Shown here: positions 9,670 through 17,301 of the stretch, in pieces
Position numbering within the stretch: position 1 is the stretch's first letter
How the letters are laid out: every line of letters begins with the position of its first letter
NCBI GenBank assembly: GCA_965224085.1
Contig: CBDCYI010000005.1
Coordinates: 256,001 to 320,000, forward strand
Reading direction: 5' to 3'
DNA from: Candidatus Marinacidobacterales bacterium
Lineage (GTDB): Bacteria; Acidobacteriota; Vicinamibacteria; Marinacidobacterales; SMYC01
DNA length: 64,000 nt
Translations under genes and position numbers: made by a program
The notes under the pieces: model-generated
The model's input: only the letters and a program-made list of their open reading frames with translations
What the model was told of the DNA's origin: nothing
The model's database searches: none

Positions 9670-10452
9670 CTACTCTTCGTCTCCCGCGAGAGCGATCAAC
9701 GCAGCCCGCTGCGACGGCGCAGGACTGCAAATGGAAAACGCCTGTTTCCAGACACGGATTCGGGCGACCAGACGCTCAGGCCCCATGAGAAAACCGACCC
9801 GGAAGCTCGACATCCCGGGAAGGGAGTCCAGATTCCCCACCACGATCGTACGGTCGTGCGAGAACCGAGGGAACCAATCGCCGGCCTCTCCCTCGCCCCG
9901 CGTGCGACCGGCAAGATCACCGCAACCGAGAGCATCTTCGAGGTTGAGAATATCGGGAAGGTCGTGCTCGACGGCGAGCCGAATCAGAGCCGCCTGGGTG
10001 TCCTGGTTCGAGCTCCATTCACGATAGATCAGTCGTGTTTCTCGCGCTGGCCGTGTGATCTTCGCGGCTGACTTGGCTCGCAATCCCATCAGGTGGAAGA
10101 GCGCTTCGTGAGCGCAACGTCGGGACGAGGCGACGAGAATCTCTCCCGGGCCGGGCGCCAGTCCAATCAGGGCCACGAAAAGCGCCTCGGACTCGCCGGT
10201 TGTGATCAGGACATTGTCCACCGAGTCGTAGGACGGCCCGCCTTCTTGAGTTAACCTTTGCGCCAGACGACGGCGAAGCTCGGGAAGACCCGCGCGAACC
10301 GTATAATGCGTCTCTCCGGCCAACAGCGCTTCTTCTACCGCCTTGAGGAGGTCCGCAGGGATTTCTCCCGTCGCTTCAACCCGATTCACTGCCGGAGCGT
10401 CGCCAAGCCAGAGCAACCGATCCGCCAAGGCCATTCCATCGTTTCCCTTCAT
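9670..10452 (-). CDS. Shortened aminotransferase class I/II homolog lacking the PLP lysine
   Basis: THYTVRAGLPELRRRLA and ITTGESEAL are present, but NLDSLPGMSSFRVG replaces SFSKxxxMTGxRxG, and the protein ends before the C-terminal small domain. Confidence 0.7.
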   Translation of the reverse strand: MKGNDGMALADRLLWLGDAPAVNRVEATGEIPADLLKAVEEALLAGETHYTVRAGLPELRRRLAQRLTQEGGPSYDSVDNVLITTGESEALFVALIGLAPGPGEILVASSRRCAHEALFHLMGLRAKSAAKITRPARETRLIYREWSSNQDTQAALIRLAVEHDLPDILNLEDALGCGDLAGRTRGEGEAGDWFPRFSHDRTIVVGNLDSLPGMSSFRVGFLMGPERLVARIRVWKQAFSICSPAPSQRAALIALAGDEE

Positions 10453-10799
10453 TCCGCCAGCTCCTTCACGCGCTCTGGTGTCAGATCGAATCCTTCTTCC
10501 GCTAGGTACTTCCGCTAGCCGGTAGAGGTCGAACCATAACCCGCTCACTCCTCCACGCAGGGCAGCAAGGAAAACAAGGCGGGCGGGAGCTCCTCCGAAT
10601 CAGTCCATTCTGCGTTTTCCCTGAGGGGAGTCCCTATCCGTCATCGCGGCGGACTTTATCCGACTGCCAGGCGTGACCGTATTCACGCTCAGGTTCAGCT
10701 CGCTCAGCTCGGGCAAGCGCATGAGTCCAGTCTCGGCGTTCCTGTGGGGTGAAAATCCTACAGAGAACCTGCCGCTCGACTGCCATAACATTAATTGAA

Positions 10800-11339
10800 G
10801 TGAACAACCACCGCCTAGAAGGCGGTGGCTTCAAGGGCTGTCAATTGGAAATTGACTGTCGTCGTGAAGAGGCTCGCCATCCTGGGAGTCTATGTACTCC
10901 TTTACCATCTCGTCCGTTATGCTTCCTGAACTCACCGCCAGATATCCTCGGGCCCAGAAGTGCCGGCCCCAAAACTTCTTCCTCAGGTGAGCAAACTCCT
11001 GAAGGAGTACTCGGGAGCTTATTCCTTTTAGCCACTGCACGATCGTACTCAGGTCCTGGTGTGGTCGGTAGGATACGAACACGTGGACGTGGTCGCGTGC
11101 AACCTTACCCGAGATTATGTGCAGCTCATGTTCCATCGCGATCTGACGAATCAGATCGCGCACACGAACCGCTACTGGACCGATCAAAACCTTTTTACGA
11201 TATTTCGGTATCCAAACGATGTGCGCTTTTAGGTCCGTTTTCGTGTGCGCTCCGTGCCTGTAGTGACGCACGCGACCACAATACCACGATCTTCTCTTCG
11301 CCTAAAGGCGAGGGGTTTCGACCATCCCCGGAAGAGACA
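10800..11339 (-). mobile_element. IS200/IS605-family element, tnpA only (540 bp)
   Basis: Left-end hairpin 11298-11311 preceded by guide AAAC, with target TTAG at 11343-11340. Right-end hairpin 10808-10828 preceded by guide GAAG, ending TCAC at 10800. Removing the element restores GCGGCTTAGTTCAA. Confidence 0.88.
10831..11271 (-). CDS. tnpA: IS200/IS605 family Y1 HUH transposase TnpA
   Basis: HIVWIPKYRKKVL, DHVH (HUH), LKGISS, FWARGY, and catalytic Tyr in KEYIDSQ. Confidence 0.95.
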   Translation of the reverse strand: MRHYRHGAHTKTDLKAHIVWIPKYRKKVLIGPVAVRVRDLIRQIAMEHELHIISGKVARDHVHVFVSYRPHQDLSTIVQWLKGISSRVLLQEFAHLRKKFWGRHFWARGYLAVSSGSITDEMVKEYIDSQDGEPLHDDSQFPIDSP

Positions 11340-11803
11340 CTAAGCCGCTCGCGCGGCGGCGGGACCTGCAAGCTCTCCCGAACTGGTGAGCCAAACTGGG
11401 GGCATTTTGCCTGCGCCTTTTTCGCCGCAGCCCATCGCCCTTCCAGGGAATCACGGCGCGCAGGTCGTGTCAAGGGTTTCGCGCGCTTCGCGCGCCGGCT
11501 GCGCCGCCCTGGACACGACCTACGCGCCGTGATGCGAGTCACTATGGGCGATGGGCGGACGGGTGCCTCCGGCAGGGGCTCCGGACTCCGGGTTTTGCAC
11601 GGCAAGCCAGCCGCGGTGAACTCACTCGCCTCTAACCCGTTTCCCTTGTTTTTCCGGGCCACGGGAGCCAGAAGGGATTAAGGAGGACGGCTTCGCCGTC
11701 GTCTTCATTCGTTCGATCTTCGCTCCGGACAACGAGTCCTGCGTTTCTCGGAACCGCTCTCTCACACATGGCATCATCCCTGTCCCCCGCGGGCGGCGAT
11801 GGT
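11340..11803 (+). repeat. ~465-bp non-coding left arm of the int/IS91-like element (inverted copy at 21130-21613)
   Basis: Its reverse complement matches 21130-21613 apart from ~2 substitutions, a 1-nt indel and a 21-nt insertion in copy 2. Contains a long internal stem-loop at 11431-11556. Confidence 0.92.
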
Positions 11804-11834
11804 CGTCGTCTGCTAAATCACTGGAGGAATAATC

Positions 11835-12695
11835 ATGGGATGCCTTAGCGAAAAAATGCTTGCCGACATGAAACTGAAGGGGTTCGCACGCTCCACGCAG
11901 GAGGAGTATCTGCTGCGAGCGCGCCATTTCGCGGCACATTACATGCGCTCACCCGCCGAGATGGGCGAGCCGGAGACCCGCGATTATCTGATTCATCTCG
12001 TTAACGAGAAGAAGGCCTCTCCGGCCAGCCACCACATGTACGTCGCCTCTCTCAAGTTTCTCTACGCAACCACACTCAACCGCCCGGAGGAGGTGGCGAA
12101 GATTCCTTGGCCCAAGAAACCTCGCACGTTACCCGATATCTTGAGCGGCGAGGAGGTCGATTGTTTGCTTCACTCCGTTAACTCCGTCAAACACCGCGCG
12201 ATTCTCATGAGCGCCTACGGCGCCGGGCTGCGCGTTTCCGAGGTGTGCTGTCTGAAGCACTCCGACATCGACTCCAAACGCATGCTCTTGCACATTCGTC
12301 ACGCCAAGAACTCCAAGGCCCGCTATGTCACGCTCAGCGAACGTTTGTTGAGCTTCCTGCGCTACTACTGGAAAACCACTCGCCCTCGCGGAGAGTACTT
12401 GTTTCCCGGCCGTAATCCTGGTGCCCACATCTCAGACGATGGCGTTCGCTGGGCTCTTCGTAAGGCCGTGGCTGAGGCGGGGCTCACCAAACGTATCACT
12501 CCTCATTCGCTGCGCCACGGTTTTGCCACACATATGCTCGAACTGGGTGAAGACATTCGTACCGTGCAGCAACTGCTCGGTCATGCCTCCATCCAGACCA
12601 CGGCCCGTTACACAAAGGTAACAGCAAAGCACTTGGGGCGCATCAAGAGCCCTCTCGATTTGCTGGGAACGAAGAAGGGCAAAAAGCTCGGCTAG
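11835..12695 (+). CDS. Tyrosine recombinase / site-specific integrase (N-terminal SAM-like domain)
   Basis: GLRVSE (R), HSLRH (H-x-x-R) and LLGHASIQTTARY (H, Y) catalytic motifs are intact. Confidence 0.93.
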   Translation: MGCLSEKMLADMKLKGFARSTQEEYLLRARHFAAHYMRSPAEMGEPETRDYLIHLVNEKKASPASHHMYVASLKFLYATTLNRPEEVAKIPWPKKPRTLPDILSGEEVDCLLHSVNSVKHRAILMSAYGAGLRVSEVCCLKHSDIDSKRMLLHIRHAKNSKARYVTLSERLLSFLRYYWKTTRPRGEYLFPGRNPGAHISDDGVRWALRKAVAEAGLTKRITPHSLRHGFATHMLELGEDIRTVQQLLGHASIQTTARYTKVTAKHLGRIKSPLDLLGTKKGKKLG

Positions 12696-12701
12696 CTCAT
12701 C

Positions 12702-13949
12702 ATGCAGCCCCATGGGCTGTGTCCTTCCCGCGTCGAGTCACCACCACGGCCACTGCTCGAGATCGCGGAAATCTTCCGCGAACATGGTCCACGCTTTCGC
12801 CAAACCCATGCGCTGACAGCCGAGCAGCGCAAGGTGATGTGGGCTATAGAGAACTGTCGCACGGCGGTGCTAGGTGGCCATCTCGACGTGTGTAACGCTT
12901 GCGGATACGCGGCGCCTTCGTTTAACTCGTGCCGCAATCGGCACTGTCCCAAGTGTCAGAGCCTAGCCCAGGCGAAGTGGATGGAGCAGCGAGCTCAGAG
13001 GATTCTTCCGACTCACTATTTCCACGTCGTTTTCACCCTCCCGCAGCAACTCAAGCCTCTCGCCCGAGACAATCCCAAGTTCATGTTCAACCTCCTGTTT
13101 CGCGCCGCCTCGCGAACTCTATTGGAGTTCGGCCAAAGCCGGCTCGAAGCTCAACTTGCCTTCACCGCCGTACTGCACACCTGGACCCGGAAGCTCCTGT
13201 TCCATCCACACCTGCATTGCATCGTCTCCGGGGGCGGGCTCAACCACCCTCAGCAGCTGTGGAACGCCGCAAACCCTCGCTTTCTGTTTCCCGTCAAGGC
13301 CATGTCGCGGCTTTTTCGCAGCAAGTTTCTCGATGCCCTTAGGCTCGCTTACGACCAAGATGAGCTTGAGTTGAGCGCAAACGCTTCCCACCTCAGAAAC
13401 CCACCTCGCTTCCGGGAGCTGAAAGACAAGCTCTACCGCATCGATTGGGTCGTTTACAGCAAACGACCCTTCGGTGGCCCAGAGCAGGTTTTCAACTACC
13501 TCGGCCGATATACCCACCGGGTCGGCATCTCCAACCGCCGACTCATTCGCATCGACCACTACGGCGTCTGCTTCGCCACCAAGAATGGTAATACCGTTAC
13601 CGTCCCCCCAGAGGAATTTATCCGCCGTTTCCTCCTGCACGTACTGCCGAAAGGTTTCGTCAAGATTCGCCATTTCGGCTTAATGGCCTCCTCCAATGCG
13701 ACCACCAAGCTCGTAGTCGCGCGCCAGTTGCTCGATGAGAAAACAAAACCCACGACCGACGCCGACGACGTGCAAGTCAGCTCGCGTGCCACCGAGGACA
13801 AGGACTGGCGCGAGCGGCTCAAGGAGCTCACCGGCATCGACCTCACCATCTGTCCCCGCTGCAAGAAAGGTCGCATGCTCCGATGCCCTCTCTCCACGAA
13901 GCTTCGACGGATCAACCTCCAGATCCGCTCCCCTCCAGATGAGTCATGA
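12702..13949 (+). CDS. IS91 family transposase (zinc-binding domain + Y2 HUH domain)
   Basis: CRT..LGGH...C..C...SCRNRHCPKCQ zinc domain, HVVFTLP, HTW...HPHLH (HUH), YLGRY (Y2), RFLLHVLPKGF, C-terminal CPRC. Confidence 0.95.
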   Translation: MQPHGLCPSRVESPPRPLLEIAEIFREHGPRFRQTHALTAEQRKVMWAIENCRTAVLGGHLDVCNACGYAAPSFNSCRNRHCPKCQSLAQAKWMEQRAQRILPTHYFHVVFTLPQQLKPLARDNPKFMFNLLFRAASRTLLEFGQSRLEAQLAFTAVLHTWTRKLLFHPHLHCIVSGGGLNHPQQLWNAANPRFLFPVKAMSRLFRSKFLDALRLAYDQDELELSANASHLRNPPRFRELKDKLYRIDWVVYSKRPFGGPEQVFNYLGRYTHRVGISNRRLIRIDHYGVCFATKNGNTVTVPPEEFIRRFLLHVLPKGFVKIRHFGLMASSNATTKLVVARQLLDEKTKPTTDADDVQVSSRATEDKDWRERLKELTGIDLTICPRCKKGRMLRCPLSTKLRRINLQIRSPPDES

Positions 13950-14491
13950 TCACGATGCTTTCGCTCCGCCTCTCACAACGCCGACCGGTCGTTGAAACGG
14001 ACTCGTGTGTCTCGTCGCGAACTCATAACGCTACCGTGGTGGTTACCGCACCGGGTAGGCCCTTCTTCTATCTTCCCCGCCATATCTCTGTCGATTCGCA
14101 ACTCCCTGACGTCCAACTCCGACTTCCTGTCCGACCGTCTTCTCACTCCAATTTATGCATAGTTGCCGCTAGCTGGGCGGCTTAGTTCAATTACGGTTTG
14201 CACGAATGCTCGCTCTACAAGCATCGTGCCTCGCGTAACGCCGTGCTTCGCTCGATTCCTGCAAACCGCTATTAATAATGTTGGCGCCTAGGGTCGTGCC
14301 TGGTTCGAGCCTCATGTTAACCGGTGGGCCGTTGGATGCGAGTCATCATTCTAGCACCGGGACGCGGATCCCCTGTCGTATGGCCCCCTCGCTGCCGTAG
14401 ATGAGAGTCTCCCACGCTTCCAGCGTTCTCGATGCCACGGATTTGTGCTGCACCATCCTGTCTTTGCGTCTGAAAAATGTAACTACCGCTA

Positions 14492-15319
14492 TTATTTCAT
14501 CGCTCTCGGGCTGAGGGTTTGCTGGATGCTGTCGCCAACGAGGTTGGACGCGAGGACGAACAGCAAAAGCGCTGTCCCTGGCCCCAGCACGAGATGGGGG
14601 GCGTGTCGAAGAAAGTTCCGGGCCTCACTGAGCATGGCTCCCCACTCCGGGGTGGGCGGTTGAACCCCCAGCCCGAGAAAGCTCAACGCGGACGCCGATA
14701 GGACGAGTGCCGGAAACATCAAGGTGGCCTGCACGGTGAGCGGAGCCGATATGTTGGGCCAAACGTCGCACAACAAGATGCGCATTCGGCTCGCGCCCAG
14801 CGCCGCCGAGGCCTCGACGTAGAGCTCCCGCTTCACTGCCAGCGTCGCGCTCCTCGCGATTCTGATGAACTGAGGCATCGCGTAGAGCCCTAGGGCACCA
14901 ATGACGCCATCTTCACTAGGCCCGGTCACCGCCATGACGGTAATCGCCAGAAGAATGGGCGGAAAGATGAGAAGGACGTCCGTTGCCCGCATCACCAGGG
15001 CTTCCGCTTTGCCTCCAACATATCCGGCGAGCATTCCCAGCGGAATCCCTGTGGCGAGCGCCATCAAAAGTGCGCTCGCAGTGATTCGGGTGGTGACCCG
15101 CGTCGCCAGGATGGTGCGCGAAGCCACGTCCCTTCCGAACTGGTCTGTCCCGAATGGGTGCGTCAGGGACGGGGGCGAGAACGCATTTCTCAGGTCGACG
15201 CCGTAGGGATCGTAAGGCGTGATCCACTGAGCGGTCACCGCCACGAGGAAAAAGACGAGGAGAACACCGCCAAAAAAAGCGGCAAACCTGTCACCACCGA
15301 ACCGCCACCACCCCATCAC
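14492..15319 (-). CDS. Peptide/nickel ABC transporter permease (DppC/OppC-like)
   Basis: HPFGTDQFGRD, YVEASAALGA (EAA loop), LSFLGLGVQPPTPEWG. Confidence 0.92.
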   Translation of the reverse strand: MMGWWRFGGDRFAAFFGGVLLVFFLVAVTAQWITPYDPYGVDLRNAFSPPSLTHPFGTDQFGRDVASRTILATRVTTRITASALLMALATGIPLGMLAGYVGGKAEALVMRATDVLLIFPPILLAITVMAVTGPSEDGVIGALGLYAMPQFIRIARSATLAVKRELYVEASAALGASRMRILLCDVWPNISAPLTVQATLMFPALVLSASALSFLGLGVQPPTPEWGAMLSEARNFLRHAPHLVLGPGTALLLFVLASNLVGDSIQQTLSPRAMK

Positions 15320-15343
15320 TGCTCCTCGACCCGCCTCACGAAT

Positions 15344-16270
15344 TTACGCACTCTCGATCCTGGGATCCGCCATCGAGTAAAGTACATCGACGATGAGGTT
15401 GGTGGTGATGAGAGCGGCGGCGAACACCAACAGGGTCCCTTGAGTTAGAGGCAGATCTCGGGTCAGGATGGAGTTGACCATCAACCGGCCGAGGCCCGGC
15501 CACGTGAAGACTACTTCGGTGACGACCGCCCCTCCCAACGTATAGCCAAAGCGCAATCCCATCACGGTCATGATGGGCAAGAGCGCGTTCGGCAGCGCGT
15601 GTTGGAAGAGAACTCTGAACTCGGGAACGCCTCTGGCTCGCGCGGTGGTAATGTATTCCCGGTCCAGAGCATCCAACATGCAGGCGGTGGTCATGCGCGT
15701 AAGAAAGGCCGCCTGGTAAATCGCCAGGCTCATCACCGGCAACACATAAGCTTGCCAGCTCCTCATCCCGCCGAGCGGCAAGAGGCGTAAGCGAACCGAG
15801 AACAGGTATAGGCCGGCCAACCCGATGAGAAACAAGGGCGTGCACACCCCAAGCAGAGATATCGTCTTGATACACTTTTCCATCATGCGGTGGCGCCATA
15901 TCGCGGCGAGGCATCCAAGCAGCAAACTCCATACCGCCGCGAGCGACATGGCGAGGATCGCCAACTGGGCGGTGTTGACGAAACGGGGGATGATCAGGTC
16001 GATGACCGGCTCTTGGTTGTAGATGGACACGCCGAGATCACCTCGAAGCAGCCGTGAGAGGTATCTTTCGAATTGAGCGAGAAGGGGTTGATCGAACCCG
16101 TAGGTTTTCCGAATCGCTTCGACAACTTCTTCCGATGCCTTGTCCCCGGCGATGAGAAGCGCCGGGTCACCCGGCACCAGGTGAATCAGGGCAAACGAGA
16201 AAGAGACAACGACCAGTCCGGCCGGCATCATGAACAGCAGTCTGCCGAACAAGAGGTTCAGCACGCGCAT
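15344..16270 (-). CDS. Peptide/nickel ABC transporter permease (DppB/OppB-like)
   Basis: PGDPA, GDLGVS, EYITTARARG, EVVFTWPGLG, DPRI. Confidence 0.92.
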   Translation of the reverse strand: MRVLNLLFGRLLFMMPAGLVVVSFSFALIHLVPGDPALLIAGDKASEEVVEAIRKTYGFDQPLLAQFERYLSRLLRGDLGVSIYNQEPVIDLIIPRFVNTAQLAILAMSLAAVWSLLLGCLAAIWRHRMMEKCIKTISLLGVCTPLFLIGLAGLYLFSVRLRLLPLGGMRSWQAYVLPVMSLAIYQAAFLTRMTTACMLDALDREYITTARARGVPEFRVLFQHALPNALLPIMTVMGLRFGYTLGGAVVTEVVFTWPGLGRLMVNSILTRDLPLTQGTLLVFAAALITTNLIVDVLYSMADPRIESA

Positions 16271-16275
16271 GGTTT

Positions 16276-17268
16276 CTAGGCCGGTCTCGTCTGCCAGATG
16301 TGCATCAAGGGATCCCCGGTGTTGACGACACCGACGGTGAAGAGCATGCGCACAATTCCAGCGAAGGGGGAATGAACAGCCTCCAACACCTCGTCATCGA
16401 TATTTCGGATCTCTCCCAGCGCCCCTCCCTCCTCGACTCGGTCTCCGGTGACGACCGCGGGAAGGAAAATGCCGCCGTGGTTGACCCGCGGCGTGACCTC
16501 TGCGACGACTTCTTCGTACTCAGAGACTTTGGCGGGATCTTGATCGGCCAAAACGCCGATGTGGCGGAGAAAATTGAAAACCCCGCGTTTGTGGAACTCC
16601 ACGTCCAGCTCCACATCGCGCTGGCTCAGCCTTCCTTCGCTCCCCGCCTCGGAGATGATGCTCGGGACTCCTGCTTTTGCCGCCTCCATGAAGAGCGCGC
16701 CGACCATGGTTCTCTTTTTGGGGTGGATCGGGTGGAAGAACCTCTGGGTAAACGCCCGTGCCATCATTCTCGAGGCCCGGTCCACCTCATCGTTGTCGGT
16801 GAGGTAGTACTTGACGTGTGAGAGCTGCCGTTCCCAGAAATCTCCGGAGTGCAAATCGATGGCATACTGGGCCCGTGAGACCACGTTCTCGAAGATCACC
16901 GAGGCGAGCCGCTGCGTGAAGGAGCCTTCTTTGTTTCCGGGAAAGACACGGTTCAAATTCAGATTGTCGATGGGGCTCACGTACCTGGTAATTCTGGAGA
17001 AGGCCACGGGATTGCAAACGGGGATCACGACCACCGTCCCGTTGAGCTCGGAGGGGTCCAGTTGCCCAAACACCCGGATCGCACCCAGGATTCCGGCATA
17101 CTCGGCCCCGTGAACGCCCCCGGTCACCGCAACCATGGGTCCCTCTTGCTTCCCTGCAGCCACCCAGAGCGGAAGCCGGACTTCCGAGAGCGGGTCCGAT
17201 CCAACCGGCAGCCAGGTCTTCGTTTTCTCGCCGACCGGTACGCCAAACGTCTGTGCGAAGGAATCCAT
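16276..17268 (-). CDS. Succinylglutamate desuccinylase / aspartoacylase (M14-like) family hydrolase
   Basis: GGVHGAEY, NLNRVFPG, DLHSG, ISEAG, and a C-terminal barrel-sandwich-like domain. Confidence 0.9.
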   Translation of the reverse strand: MDSFAQTFGVPVGEKTKTWLPVGSDPLSEVRLPLWVAAGKQEGPMVAVTGGVHGAEYAGILGAIRVFGQLDPSELNGTVVVIPVCNPVAFSRITRYVSPIDNLNLNRVFPGNKEGSFTQRLASVIFENVVSRAQYAIDLHSGDFWERQLSHVKYYLTDNDEVDRASRMMARAFTQRFFHPIHPKKRTMVGALFMEAAKAGVPSIISEAGSEGRLSQRDVELDVEFHKRGVFNFLRHIGVLADQDPAKVSEYEEVVAEVTPRVNHGGIFLPAVVTGDRVEEGGALGEIRNIDDEVLEAVHSPFAGIVRMLFTVGVVNTGDPLMHIWQTRPA

Positions 17269-17301
17269 CTTGATATACTCCTTTCCTGTGGTCTTATGTC
17301 T

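Larger units (their letters stand above)
10786..14283 (+). mobile_element. Tyrosine recombinase + IS91-like rolling-circle transposase element (left end interrupted by IS200)
   Basis: int + Y2 transposase gene pair. Inverted terminal motif GCCGC-loop-GCGGCTTAGTTCAATTA at 14165-14193 (+) and, after removing the IS200, at 11358-11340 + 10799-10792 (-). Exact outer ends are inferred. Confidence 0.75.

Noticed and set aside
10600-10830. Possible tnpB/omegaRNA downstream of tnpA
   Set aside because: The right-end hairpin and TCAC cleavage site follow the tnpA stop within ~30 nt, leaving no room for tnpB.
10749-11681. 310-aa plus-strand ORF
   Set aside because: Runs antisense across tnpA and through the non-coding repeat; no recognisable motifs, and the frame is not preserved in repeat copy 2.
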